From Candidatus Woesearchaeota archaeon (GTDB taxonomy: Archaea > Nanobdellota > Nanobdellia > Pacearchaeales > GW2011-AR1): a stretch of 64,000 bases of DNA. The DNA lies in NCBI GenBank assembly GCA_964468545.1, contig CAYXTT010000001.1, positions 1,894-65,893 on the forward strand, given 5' to 3'. The notes below the pieces were generated by a model, which saw nothing but the letters and a program-made list of their open reading frames with translations, was not told where the DNA came from and made no database searches. Made by a program: the position numbers and the translations under genes. This document shows, piece by piece, positions 10,222-19,979 of the stretch (positions are counted from its first letter, which is position 1; every line of letters starts with the position of its first letter).

Positions 10222-10491
10222 ATGACAAAAAGAGGAAAACTAGAAATAATAAAAGACGTCCTATCTATAATTTATAAAAACCACAACTCCATAAAAATAA
10301 CCCCGCTAATAAGACAATCAAACATATCATCCACAAGATTCAAGGAATACTATTCTGAACTACTTAACAAAAATCTCATAAAAGAAAATAACCACAAAGA
10401 AAACAAAACAATCTCCCTTACCGACAAAGGACATCAGTTCCTAGAAAAATACAAAACGATAATCAACTTCATCAACGAATTCGAATTATAA
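10222..10491 (+). CDS. Winged-helix transcriptional regulator (archaeal HTH_45-like)
   Basis: KRGKLEIIKDVL...ITPLIRQSNIS...LTDKGHQFL. Confidence 0.8.
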   Translation: MTKRGKLEIIKDVLSIIYKNHNSIKITPLIRQSNISSTRFKEYYSELLNKNLIKENNHKENKTISLTDKGHQFLEKYKTIINFINEFEL

Positions 10492-10492
10492 T

Positions 10493-10972
10493 TCAAGAAC
10501 TCGCCGCCTCCAAAATATCCAAATTAATCTTCCCTAAATTCTGAACAAGATAAGTATGCAACTTCTTAATCACCAAATCCTGCAATCCCTCCTTCAACAT
10601 CCCATGACATCTCCCGATATTACTCTCTGGAATCATCACAACACCGTCGGGCAACACGCAACTCATCGTCTGATGCTCCAACCTAATCGAATCTTGATTA
10701 TTCAACTCTCCCACCAACAACTCGACATCAACTTCACACCCCGCGTCAGAACTCCCCTTAATTGTATACTCAAAAATCATATCCGTTCCACCAACAAACT
10801 TCACCCTATCACAATTTTTCAAATTCTCATTAAAACAATTCCAACTATCGCAACTCTTATAACTAAAAAACCGAAACCACGTAACAGCCAAAACAACAGC
10901 CAACAAAATCAAAACAATAACCAACTTCCAACCAAAACGTCGCGACTCCTTCTTTTTCAACATTCTTATCAA
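10493..10972 (-). CDS. Hypothetical membrane-anchored Cys-containing protein
   Basis: Single N-terminal TM and several Cys residues. Confidence 0.6.
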   Translation of the reverse strand: MIRMLKKKESRRFGWKLVIVLILLAVVLAVTWFRFFSYKSCDSWNCFNENLKNCDRVKFVGGTDMIFEYTIKGSSDAGCEVDVELLVGELNNQDSIRLEHQTMSCVLPDGVVMIPESNIGRCHGMLKEGLQDLVIKKLHTYLVQNLGKINLDILEAASS

Positions 10973-11039
10973 AACAAAAAGAAGTATATAAAACTTATCA
11001 AAACAAAAAACAAAAAGCCCTCAAACAAGGGTATTAATT

Positions 11040-12191
11040 TTAAAGCGAAATTAACTGAACACTATCTGACGAAACCTTGCCAAACGTCTTCGCCGCCACC
11101 GCCCTCGAACCAAGTTTTTCAGCGGCCTCGACGACAACATCGGTCGCAGACAAAACCATCAAAACAAAAGCGTCCTTCGCATCAACACTATCAAGTTTCG
11201 AAACAGGAATATTCTCGACAACTTTCAAATCTTCGTTAACAACAAGAACATTCCGCCCCTTGATTTCAGAAGCAATCTCTCTCAACTTGACAATATCGTC
11301 ATCACTCAAATTCCTCCGAACAACATTCTCATTAGAGTTACGATTTGCAATCTGCGAACTGAAATCAGATTTACTCAAAAAAACCCGAGTCGGAACTTTT
11401 TTCCTAAGGGCCTGTAAAATTTCCTTCCCGGCCAACTCCTCGACTTCCTTACCATCAGGCGCAACAGCGATATAAACAACCTTCGCATTATCACAAACAT
11501 TCTGTGCAATCAATTTTCCACCCCTATCACCGTCGACAAACAAGGTTAATTCCTTACTCTCTCCCAACGTCGCGATTGTTCTAGGAAACCGAGTCCCCTG
11601 CATTCCAATAACATTCTTAATGCCACACTTCAACAAATTGATAACATCAGCTCGCCCCTCGACAACAATAATATCATCAGACGAATCAACATCAGGACCA
11701 GCAGCCAAACTTTCCGGACCATAACTTACAACCTTCGAAACTCGCGTCGAATCTCTCAACTCAGCTCCCATCTCCGTCGAATCCATTCCTTTATTCTTAA
11801 TCCCAGCCAACAAAGCCTTCGCCCGCTCCATAATATAATCACGTTTCGAACCGCGAACATCAGAAATATCTCGAATAGTTATCTTCGCATCCGTCGGACC
11901 AATTTTGTCAATCGTCTCCAAAGCCGCAGCAATAATCGTCGTCTCTGTCTTATCCAAAGCAGTCGGAATCACAATCTCACCAGTCGTCTTCCCATTCTCA
12001 GAATTCAAATCAACCTCGATGCGGCCAATCTTTCCTTCCTTCTGAAGCTCCCGTAATTCCATATCAGAACCAAGCAAACCCTCGGTCTGCCCAAACAAAG
12101 CCCCAATAACATCCGGTTTTTGAAACGGACCCTCAGCCACAAAATCAGCAATAATCGAATACTTTATCGACGTCGGACTAATCTTGGCCAT
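11040..12191 (-). CDS. dnaG: Archaeal DnaG (Toprim; exosome-associated)
   Basis: KPDVIGALFGQTEGLLG...LRELQKEGKIGRIEV; IIVVEGRADV; FVDGDRGG; APDGKEVEEL. Confidence 0.93.
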   Translation of the reverse strand: MAKISPTSIKYSIIADFVAEGPFQKPDVIGALFGQTEGLLGSDMELRELQKEGKIGRIEVDLNSENGKTTGEIVIPTALDKTETTIIAAALETIDKIGPTDAKITIRDISDVRGSKRDYIMERAKALLAGIKNKGMDSTEMGAELRDSTRVSKVVSYGPESLAAGPDVDSSDDIIVVEGRADVINLLKCGIKNVIGMQGTRFPRTIATLGESKELTLFVDGDRGGKLIAQNVCDNAKVVYIAVAPDGKEVEELAGKEILQALRKKVPTRVFLSKSDFSSQIANRNSNENVVRRNLSDDDIVKLREIASEIKGRNVLVVNEDLKVVENIPVSKLDSVDAKDAFVLMVLSATDVVVEAAEKLGSRAVAAKTFGKVSSDSVQLISL

Positions 12192-12243
12192 CTCGTCTTA
12201 AAACAAAACAACCTACGATATTTTTACAAATTTTCTTTGCCAT
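12178..12243 (-). CDS. Putative 21-aa leader ORF overlapping the dnaG start
   Basis: MAKKICKNIVGCFVLRRDGQD*, preceded by GGAGA; its stop lies within the first codons of dnaG. Confidence 0.3.
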   Translation of the reverse strand: MAKKICKNIVGCFVLRRDGQD

Positions 12244-12485
12244 TTTATTCTCCATATTTAATTCATTAGAAATATACCTAGTTAAACTTTCCAACCGTGA
12301 ATATGATAATCATGAACTGCAGGTAATCCCTAACGAAAAACACAGCAAATTTCAACTTATAAATCTTTCCAATAAACAATTAACAACAACCAACCCTTTA
12401 AACCCTTTTCCATATTTCAAAACCAAAAAAATTTCACACAAATATTTATAAAGATTTTATCCGCTAAAAAATAAATAAAGAGGAC

Positions 12486-12563
12486 ATGGAAAACAAAAAA
12501 GACAGCGACCTCGAAGATGAAGAGTTTGATGACGAAGAAGAACTCGAAGATGAAGAGGAATAA
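12486..12563 (+). CDS. 25-aa highly acidic peptide
   Basis: MENKKDSDLEDEEFDDEEELEDEEE*, with TTTATAAA and AAGAGGA upstream. Confidence 0.45.
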   Translation: MENKKDSDLEDEEFDDEEELEDEEE

Positions 12564-12574
12564 TCCAAAACAAA

Positions 12575-12655
12575 ATGCCCGAAGAAGAAACTGATTTGAA
12601 CGCAGACTATATGGACATGAATCCAGACGTTGACCTAGAAGAAGACCTCGAATAA
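12575..12655 (+). CDS. 26-aa acidic peptide
   Basis: MPEEETDLNADYMDMNPDVDLEEDLE*, followed by a T-rich terminator-like tract. Confidence 0.4.
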   Translation: MPEEETDLNADYMDMNPDVDLEEDLE

Positions 12656-12706
12656 TTTTTCTTATTTTATTTTATCCGAACTAAAAACTAATATCTAATA
12701 CCTTAA

Positions 12707-13267
12707 CTAATCACCCAGCATCCGCGCCTCTCTAAACATCCCTAATGCCTTATACATCTTCAACAATTTTTCCCTAATCTCACTCTTTTCCATCTCATCC
12801 AAATTCATCTTAATCAACTTCTCATAAAATTTCACCGCCCCCAACCTCTTCCCACTCATCTCCAAATCTCTCGCCAAAACAAAATAAATATTTTTTCTCG
12901 CCAACTTTATTTTCGCCATTTCAACATTATTAGCTTCCCGCCCCGCCCGAATAAACATCTCCTCAGCGTCGTCAATCTTCCCAACTTTCGTAAACAACTC
13001 AGCCGCGCTCAAATAACTCTCGACCTTGTCCCGAAAAGAAATCTCAATCCCTGCCCTGTTCGCCATCGCCTTCGCCGCTTTCTCAAACATCTTCCTCTCT
13101 TTATATAACTCGCACAACTCCCCCCACAAAAATCTCTTAATCTCAAAATTAAACCCCGGCACTCGCACCGCCGACTCCAAATAAATAATCTTATTCAAAG
13201 CCGTATTCATCTCTTTCAACTTCTCCACAATCTCTTCAACCGTCCGCTCCCGCACTTGAATTCCCAT
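12707..13267 (-). CDS. Hypothetical TPR/SNAP-like helical repeat protein
   Basis: Helical repeats (YLSAAELF..G..DDAEEMF; AVKFYEKL). Confidence 0.65.
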   Translation of the reverse strand: MGIQVRERTVEEIVEKLKEMNTALNKIIYLESAVRVPGFNFEIKRFLWGELCELYKERKMFEKAAKAMANRAGIEISFRDKVESYLSAAELFTKVGKIDDAEEMFIRAGREANNVEMAKIKLARKNIYFVLARDLEMSGKRLGAVKFYEKLIKMNLDEMEKSEIREKLLKMYKALGMFREARMLGD

Positions 13268-13298
13268 CACAAAAAAACGAAGAGAGAGTTTTTAAGAA

Positions 13299-13721
13299 TT
13301 ATTGCGATAGAGTTTTTTCCAAGCAATCATAAGTCCCAAAAAAACGATAACCACTTTTCTCTCGTGACGCTCCACGCCCCTTGGCAACATAACATCCTAC
13401 TGTCTCAGCTCCAACTTCCCTGACTCTCTTCTCTGCCTCTTCCATTAACTGAACAGCAAGCCCCCTGCCAAGCCCTTTATTTCTATAATCCTCACTAACA
13501 GCTAATCTAAAAATCGTCGCCATCCACGGGTCCAAAACCACAGCCACACTCCCGACAATTCTCTCATCATCCTCAGCCAAAATAATAGACCCAGGAGAAA
13601 ATTCAATCTTCTGCCGAAGCAAACTTCTCTTGTCAGAACTAGGGATATAAAGACCGACAGAAGTCCACAACCCTATAACCCCATCATAATCCGAATCAGT
13701 ATAACCCCTAATCACAACCAT
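13299..13721 (-). CDS. GNAT N-acetyltransferase
   Basis: IFRLAVSEDYRNKGLGRG acetyl-CoA motif A. Confidence 0.8.
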   Translation of the reverse strand: MVVIRGYTDSDYDGVIGLWTSVGLYIPSSDKRSLLRQKIEFSPGSIILAEDDERIVGSVAVVLDPWMATIFRLAVSEDYRNKGLGRGLAVQLMEEAEKRVREVGAETVGCYVAKGRGASREKSGYRFFGTYDCLEKTLSQ

Positions 13722-13810
13722 TACAAAAAAACAAAGAGAGACTTTTTAAGAATTTAGATACTTTACAACAAAAAAAAACAAAACAGGAATTAAAAATAAA
13801 TTCCTAAAAA

Positions 13811-15091
13811 TTATATTTTTTTCTCGACGAGGGATTTACAAACTCCAGCAGCAACAGTAACCCCAGCATCTCGAATCGCGAACCTCGACATGTTTGGATT
13901 CTTATCAGCAGACTCCAAAACAAGATTCCCAATCGGCTTAACTCTAACAATCGCAACATCTCCATTTTTCAAAAAATCTGGATTCTGTTGTGAAACCTGT
14001 CCCGTCGCTGGGTCCAACTTCGCCTTAAGTTCAATGAATTGACATGGAACCTGAGCCGTGTGAACATGGAAAACTGGTGTATACCCTTTTGCAATAACAG
14101 TCGGATGATTAATCACAGCAATCTGTGCCTCAAACTCCTCGACCATACTTGCCGGATGAGCCGCATCACAGATAACATCCCCTCGAGCAACATCTTTCTT
14201 GCCAACGCCTCGAATGTTAACACCAACATTGTCTCCAGCTTCAGCTTCTTTCAACTGCTCATGGTGAGCCTCAATACTTCGAACCTCACCCTGAATACCA
14301 GCCCCAGACCGACCTGGAATCACAATAATTTTTTGCCCAACTTTCATAATTCCAGTCTCAACCTTTCCTACAGGAACCGTACCAATTCCAGTAATCTCAT
14401 AGACATCCTGAATCGGCATCCTCATTGGTAAGCCCGTCGGTTTTTCAGGTGCAGGGAACTTATCAATCTGTTCCAAAACAGTAGGACCGGTATACCAAGC
14501 CATCTTATCAGATTTCTTAGCGATATTATCACCCTTCAAAGCGGAACCCGCAATAAAAGGCACATCCTTGTATCCTACCTTGCTAATAACATCAGTAACA
14601 TTTTTCTTAACCTCATTAAACTTCTCTTCGGAATAATTAACAACATCCATCTTATTCACAAGAACTGCAAGTTGCTTAACTCCCATAGTTCGAAGCAAAG
14701 AAACATGCTCCCGAGTTTGTGGTTGAACACCACCATCAGCTGCTACAACTAAAAACGCCGCATCTGCCTGTGAAGCACCAGTAATCATATTCTTGACAAA
14801 ATCCTTGTGCCCAGGCGCGTCAATAATAGTAACCTCAAAATTCTTCGTGACAATTTTCTTGTAAGACAAGTTAATAGTAACTCCTCTCTCCCGCTCCTCT
14901 TTAAGATTATCCATCACATACGCAAATTCAAATCCGGCCTTACCATGCTTTTCCGCTTCTTCCTTGAACTTTTTCATTTCCTGTTCGGAAACCATCCCAC
15001 TATCATAGAAAAGTCTGCCAACACAAGTCGACTTCCCGTGATCAACATGTCCGACGAAGACAACATTAATTCCTGGTTTTGTTTTAGCCAT
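13811..15091 (-). CDS. tuf: Translation elongation factor aEF-1alpha
   Basis: [41 protein letters not shown]. Confidence 0.98.
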   Translation of the reverse strand: MAKTKPGINVVFVGHVDHGKSTCVGRLFYDSGMVSEQEMKKFKEEAEKHGKAGFEFAYVMDNLKEERERGVTINLSYKKIVTKNFEVTIIDAPGHKDFVKNMITGASQADAAFLVVAADGGVQPQTREHVSLLRTMGVKQLAVLVNKMDVVNYSEEKFNEVKKNVTDVISKVGYKDVPFIAGSALKGDNIAKKSDKMAWYTGPTVLEQIDKFPAPEKPTGLPMRMPIQDVYEITGIGTVPVGKVETGIMKVGQKIIVIPGRSGAGIQGEVRSIEAHHEQLKEAEAGDNVGVNIRGVGKKDVARGDVICDAAHPASMVEEFEAQIAVINHPTVIAKGYTPVFHVHTAQVPCQFIELKAKLDPATGQVSQQNPDFLKNGDVAIVRVKPIGNLVLESADKNPNMSRFAIRDAGVTVAAGVCKSLVEKKI

Positions 15092-15321
15092 ATTATATTA
15101 ATTAAAATTTAGGTTTTTAAAGATTGCGGTTGTGAAAAAAATTTTTAAAAAATAAAAAATAAAATTTACAATCACAAACCGGACAATCGAAAACCACATA
15201 ACTTTCATATCATCCGACGACAACTCTTAAAAAATTCACCACCAACTTATCCTAACATTACAATCGCGCACGAAGCGCGAAACACTCGCGAAAAAAATTT
15301 AACAACACTGTCCCCTCCCAC

Positions 15322-15455
15322 GCGAAACAAAATTTTGGGCGCAGATTGTCCGACGAAGTTGGACGACGCCATAGAAAAATTTTGTTTCGCACTAAATACG
15401 AAATCGTAGATTTCGCTTAACCAAGGAGATACAGAGCCAAAGAGGATATCCTCTT
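15322..15455. repeat. Cluster of inverted repeats between EF-2 and EF-1a (REP/MITE-like)
   Basis: 15-bp perfect IR at 15322-15336/15376-15390 enclosing GTCCGAC-GAA-GTTGGAC; CGAAATC-GTA-GATTTCG at 15399-15415; palindrome AAGAGGATATCCTCTT at 15440-15455. Confidence 0.75.
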
Positions 15456-15460
15456 AGGCC

Positions 15461-17632
15461 TTATTGATTCTCCGCCAACCCCTTCCGACTTCTAATCTGC
15501 TTAATCACTTTCGCCTGCAACTCCGACGGCAATCTCTTGAACGACTGCGACACCAATGATGAAACTCCTCGTCCCTCCGTCGCTGAACGCAAATCCGAAG
15601 TCCACCCAATCATCTCTTGAACTGGGAGCTCAGCCCGAATTATAATCCCGCTCTCATCCTGCTGAACATCAACCAATGTCCCCCTCTTCGTCGAAACCAA
15701 ACTCGTCACCGCCCCCATAAAATCCGTCGGCGCTTCAATCTGGTGAATCTGAACCGGCTCAAAAATCACAGGCGTCGCCTTCGCAAACGCTTCCTTAATC
15801 GCATCACGAACCGCCGGATAAACTTGCGCCGGCCCACGATGAATCGCGTCCTCATGCAACTTCATGTCAACAACCGAAACTTTCATCTTATGACACGGCT
15901 CCCTCGCCAACGGCCCCGCATCCATAACCTGCTCAAACGCATCCAGCAACAACTCAATCACTTCGCCAATCTGCACAATCCCCTTCGTCCTATCCAAAAA
16001 AATCGAACCCTTGTAAATATCCCTATACTGTTGCGCCTCATCCCTCGGTATACCAAGTTTAACCAGTGTCTCATCCAAAGTCTTGTCCTTCTTTTTCATC
16101 CTCCCCTTCGGCAAAATCCCGTCGGCAATCGCCGCAACAATCGACTCCTCCAACGGCTCAACTGTAACAAAAAAATCATTATGCTTATTCGGCGTTCTCC
16201 CGACAGCAACACCACTCGGCTTCACAACTGACTCACGAAAAACAACAATCGGCGGACCCATCTCAACCTCAAGCCCTTTCTCTGTCTTAATTCGATTTTC
16301 AATAATTTCCAAATGTAACTCGCCCATCCCAGAAATCAACGACTCCCCCGTCTCATCATTAATCTCAATCCTCAATCCCGGGTCCTCTTTCCCAACCTGT
16401 CTCAAAATCTCAATCAGCTTCGGCAAATCTGCAGTTCTCTTCGCCGCAATCGACTTCGTAACAACCGGTTCAAACAAATGACTAATCGCCTCGAACGGCT
16501 CAATCGGATTTCTCGAAATCGTCTCGCCAACGACAACATCTCTCAACCCGACAATCCCAACAATATTCCCAGCAACAACCTCATCTAACTGAACTCTCGA
16601 CGCACCTTTGTAAATCGAAACCTGTTGCGCCCGAACTTTCGTCCCCGCAATATTCATATACAACTCATCACCCTGTTTAATTTTCCCTCCAAACAATCTG
16701 CCACAAGCAACCTCCCCCGCGTGCGGATCAACCACAATCTTAATCGGCACAAACGCAACTTCACCGTCGATATTACAACTCCTCAAATCCTTCCCAACCT
16801 CTGAATTAATATCGCCATGCCAAATTTTCGGAATCCTATAATCCTGCGCCTGAACCGGGTCCGGATGATTCCTAATAACCATATTCAAAATAACCTCATG
16901 AATCGGCGCCCTCTTCGCCAACTCCTTATAATTCTCCCCACCCTTCTCATACGCTTCAATAATCTCCTTGAACGAAATCCCTTTCTTCTTCATATATGGA
17001 ATACTCAAAGCCCAATTATGAAACGCCGACCCAAACGCAACCGACCCATCACCGACGCCAACTTGCCACTTCTGCTTATAATCCGATTCCGCAATCTCCG
17101 CAATCAACTTGTTCACCGAATTAATAATATCGACAAATCTCTTCTGCATTTCCTCCGGCGTCAACTTAACCTCACGAATCAACCTATCAACTTTATTGAT
17201 AAACAAAATAGGCTTAACCCTCTCCTTCAACGCCTGTCTCAAAACCGTCTCCGTCTGCGGCATAATTCCCTCAGACGCACAACACAAAACAATCGCGCCA
17301 TCAACCGCCCTCATCGCTCTCGTAACATCCCCGCCAAAATCAACATGCCCAGGCGTATCAATCAAATTAATCAAATAATCCTGCCCCTCAAACTTATGGA
17401 CCATCGACACCGACGCTGAATCAATCGTAATCCCACGCTCCGCCTCATCCTCGTGAAAATCCAAAGTCCGCGCCTTCCCCGCCAACGCCTCCGACATCAT
17501 CCCAGCCCCCGCCAAAAGATTATCCGAAAACGTCGTCTTCCCGTGGTCAATGTGCGCGCAAATCGCAATATTCCGAATATGCTTCGGCTCATTCTGCAAT
17601 TCCTTAACTCTCGCCATCGTATCAACTGCCAT
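15461..17632 (-). CDS. fusA: Translation elongation factor aEF-2
   Basis: AHIDHGKTT, DTPGHVDF, NKVD, diphthamide loop LHEDAIHRGPAQ. Confidence 0.98.
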   Translation of the reverse strand: MAVDTMARVKELQNEPKHIRNIAICAHIDHGKTTFSDNLLAGAGMMSEALAGKARTLDFHEDEAERGITIDSASVSMVHKFEGQDYLINLIDTPGHVDFGGDVTRAMRAVDGAIVLCCASEGIMPQTETVLRQALKERVKPILFINKVDRLIREVKLTPEEMQKRFVDIINSVNKLIAEIAESDYKQKWQVGVGDGSVAFGSAFHNWALSIPYMKKKGISFKEIIEAYEKGGENYKELAKRAPIHEVILNMVIRNHPDPVQAQDYRIPKIWHGDINSEVGKDLRSCNIDGEVAFVPIKIVVDPHAGEVACGRLFGGKIKQGDELYMNIAGTKVRAQQVSIYKGASRVQLDEVVAGNIVGIVGLRDVVVGETISRNPIEPFEAISHLFEPVVTKSIAAKRTADLPKLIEILRQVGKEDPGLRIEINDETGESLISGMGELHLEIIENRIKTEKGLEVEMGPPIVVFRESVVKPSGVAVGRTPNKHNDFFVTVEPLEESIVAAIADGILPKGRMKKKDKTLDETLVKLGIPRDEAQQYRDIYKGSIFLDRTKGIVQIGEVIELLLDAFEQVMDAGPLAREPCHKMKVSVVDMKLHEDAIHRGPAQVYPAVRDAIKEAFAKATPVIFEPVQIHQIEAPTDFMGAVTSLVSTKRGTLVDVQQDESGIIIRAELPVQEMIGWTSDLRSATEGRGVSSLVSQSFKRLPSELQAKVIKQIRSRKGLAENQ

Positions 17633-17791
17633 CTTAACAAATAAAAAATTCAGTTTAAAAATCTTTGGTGAAATAAATTTATACTAACCAATTTTAATTT
17701 ATATCAATAAATTTCGCAGCGTAAAAATTTTCGTGGTGTACTAACATACATAAGGAGAATTTTACTAAGAAATAGTCAGCGAAAATCAAAA

Positions 17792-18388
17792 TTATCTTGC
17801 TGCATCAGCCGCCTTTTCCGAATCATTCCTCTTCGAAATCGCATAACTCTCGCCAGAATTCGCCGCCGCCAGCATCAACTCCTTCGCCAACGCCTCGACA
17901 ATCGTCGCCTTTTTATTAAACGCCTTGTCATAAGCCCCATTTACAAAATATCTCAAAACTAAATTCAATCTCCGTCGCGGAGAAACATCAACCGCCTGCG
18001 GATACTTCGCCCCCCCATATTCAATCGATGTAACCTCGTCCCGTGGCGCCGCATTCTCAATCGCCTTCACAAAAACCTTCAACGGATTCTCCCCCGTGCT
18101 CTTCTCTATAATCTTAAACGCATCAATCACAATCATCGTGCACCTCGTCTGCTTCCCACTAATCCACCCCGTAATAATCCTGTGCTTCTTCCCTCGACTT
18201 CCCGGCACTTGCAACAAATTAATCAATCTCTCGACGACATTAACCTTCGCCCTCGTCGGGTCCCACTTAATCCTCCCATGCGATTTCAACAACAACTTCG
18301 GCGACAAATTCACAACTTTCTTCAATCCCGGATCCTCAACTCGAACCTCTGACGCATCAAACAATCCAAAAACTTTCATCTCTACCAT
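17792..18388 (-). CDS. rps7: 30S ribosomal protein uS7
   Basis: IENAAPRDEVT..EYGG..YPQAVDVSPRRR; start placed at MVEMK. Confidence 0.95.
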   Translation of the reverse strand: MVEMKVFGLFDASEVRVEDPGLKKVVNLSPKLLLKSHGRIKWDPTRAKVNVVERLINLLQVPGSRGKKHRIITGWISGKQTRCTMIVIDAFKIIEKSTGENPLKVFVKAIENAAPRDEVTSIEYGGAKYPQAVDVSPRRRLNLVLRYFVNGAYDKAFNKKATIVEALAKELMLAAANSGESYAISKRNDSEKAADAAR

Positions 18389-18729
18389 CAAAAAACCGAC
18401 CTCCCACACACCATAGAATTCATTTTATTAGACTGTCCATATAGACAAATTTCTCGCTGACCCTTCATTTTATCTTCCTCTCTAATAATTGTCCTATTAA
18501 ATGGAGCACCGACGATATACTCAACACTCACAAGCGTATCATACCTTCCATTAAAACCATCCTTATTATCTCTTAACCATCTCAACTCCCATAAAAAATC
18601 CGTGTTAGTCCGTGTTAGTCTATGTGCTATTTTTTCTCCAGTTACACAAGTCACACCAAGCAACCCAAGTCGTGCGACAAGCGACAAGCGACAAGCGACA
18701 AGCGCAATGAAATTTCTCTGAAATTTCAT
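18388..18729 (-). CDS. Bridging ORF (113 aa) between rps12 and rps7, containing repeat arrays
   Basis: Starts at the ATGA overlap with the rps12 stop and ends in TGATG on the rps7 start; encodes repeat-derived VACRLSLVA and LTRTNTDF. Confidence 0.45.
   Translation of the reverse strand: MKFQRNFIALVACRLSLVARLGLLGVTCVTGEKIAHRLTRTNTDFLWELRWLRDNKDGFNGRYDTLVSVEYIVGAPFNRTIIREEDKMKGQREICLYGQSNKMNSMVCGRSVF
18593..18729. repeat. Composite repeat element: TCCGTGTTAG array + (GCGACAA)x4 + 10-bp hairpin
   Basis: Decamers at 18599-18629; heptamers at 18674-18701; IR ATGAAATTTC/GAAATTTCAT at 18707-18729. Confidence 0.85.
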
Positions 18730-19148
18730 CGTCTCCCCTTCTCAATCTTCCCCATCCACAATCTATCCAATGGCTGGTCATTCACTTTAATTACTTGAAA
18801 TCTAATCCCAGACAAATCCCCTTTCGTCCGTCCCTGCTTTCCACCAATCCTCTCAACTACAACCTCGTCGTGCTCATCGATAAATGTCTGCGCCAAGTTC
18901 CCAGGAATAAACGCCGTAACTTCTTTCCCGTTCTTAATCAACTGCACCTTGCAACATTTCCTCATAGCTGAGTTCGGCTGCTTCGCCTCTTTCTGAACTT
19001 TCTTTATAACAATCCCCTTCGCCTGCGACGCTCGCCCAATCGGGTCAAATTTCAAACTAATCCCAAGCCGTTTCTTTTTATGCGGCAACTTATTATCACG
19101 AAACTTTTTCCTATCCTTCTTCAACTTCCGCCCGCTCATTATTCCCAT
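18726..19148 (-). CDS. rps12: 30S ribosomal protein uS12
   Basis: EAKQPNSAMRKC, KNGKEVTAFIPG, IDEHDEV. Confidence 0.97.
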   Translation of the reverse strand: MGIMSGRKLKKDRKKFRDNKLPHKKKRLGISLKFDPIGRASQAKGIVIKKVQKEAKQPNSAMRKCCKVQLIKNGKEVTAFIPGNLAQTFIDEHDEVVVERIGGKQGRTKGDLSGIRFQVIKVNDQPLDRLWMGKIEKGRR

Positions 19149-19229
19149 ATCATATCAAGTGAAAAATCCCTTTAAAAACTTTTAGCAAAAATTTTTGATG
19201 AAACATTTCAATATATCCTACAAATTTCC

Positions 19230-19655
19230 CTACACAATCTTCAACTTCGCAATCCCAAAAAAATTTTTCAAAACATCTCCCAATTCTTTTTCTCTCAATC
19301 GCCCTCGGCCAATCAACGCCGCCTTGCTTTGCCTACCAGCCGTAAGAACAACCGAATCCCCCCTCACTTCAATCTTATTAAAATCAACCGGCGCAACAAC
19401 ATCCTCGACAAATTTCCCAATCTCCTCGGAACTATCCACCAACGGCATCGCAACAACTTTAATCTTCCTCCGCAAAATCTCATTCAATCTCTTTACATTA
19501 ACCGCCCCTTTCCCGATAGCCAAAGAAACTTTAAATCTCGGAACCGCAAAAATAATTTGATTATTATAAACAAAAACCCGCTTCGTCTGAACTCGCGTCG
19601 TCCTCTCAAACAAATTAATATACCTCATCAACTGCATGTCAATCGTCCCTGCCAT
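19230..19655 (-). CDS. nusA: Archaeal NusA (KH domains)
   Basis: MRYINLFER.T.V; AIGKGAVNVK; LIGRGR; conserved operon position. Confidence 0.88.
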   Translation of the reverse strand: MAGTIDMQLMRYINLFERTTRVQTKRVFVYNNQIIFAVPRFKVSLAIGKGAVNVKRLNEILRRKIKVVAMPLVDSSEEIGKFVEDVVAPVDFNKIEVRGDSVVLTAGRQSKAALIGRGRLREKELGDVLKNFFGIAKLKIV

Positions 19656-19743
19656 TATAATCCCCTCCTAAAAAATCCGCGTTCATCCACACTCCTTTTT
19701 CTTTAGCAATACAAAAAGTTACACACAAATAACAATCCATCAT
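19639..19743 (-). CDS. Bridging mini-ORF (34 aa), rpl30e to nusA
   Basis: MMDCYLCVTFCIAKEKGVWMNADFLGGDYNGRDD*; ATGA overlap at its start, stop within the first codons of nusA. Confidence 0.3.
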   Translation of the reverse strand: MMDCYLCVTFCIAKEKGVWMNADFLGGDYNGRDD

Positions 19744-19979
19744 TTCCTAACAGAAAAAACTTCACATTCAAAATCAAGATTTAATTCCTTGGCAACGTCT
19801 TCCTTCAACTTCAAAACATCAAATTCAATCTTCGCAGCCTCCAATTTCTCGACAATTTCATCTCGAGTATCTTTGCAAATAAAAACATTTTTCAACTTTT
19901 TCCCGCCCTTCAACGCCTGCCTCAACCCAAAAAAAACTTTCCCCCTTTCCATCGCTTCCGCCAAATCTTTTACACTCAT
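19740..19979 (-). CDS. rpl30e: 50S ribosomal protein eL30 (short, divergent)
   Basis: GKVFFGLRQALK...VFICKD; canonical position between rpoA and nusA. Confidence 0.7.
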   Translation of the reverse strand: MSVKDLAEAMERGKVFFGLRQALKGGKKLKNVFICKDTRDEIVEKLEAAKIEFDVLKLKEDVAKELNLDFECEVFSVRK

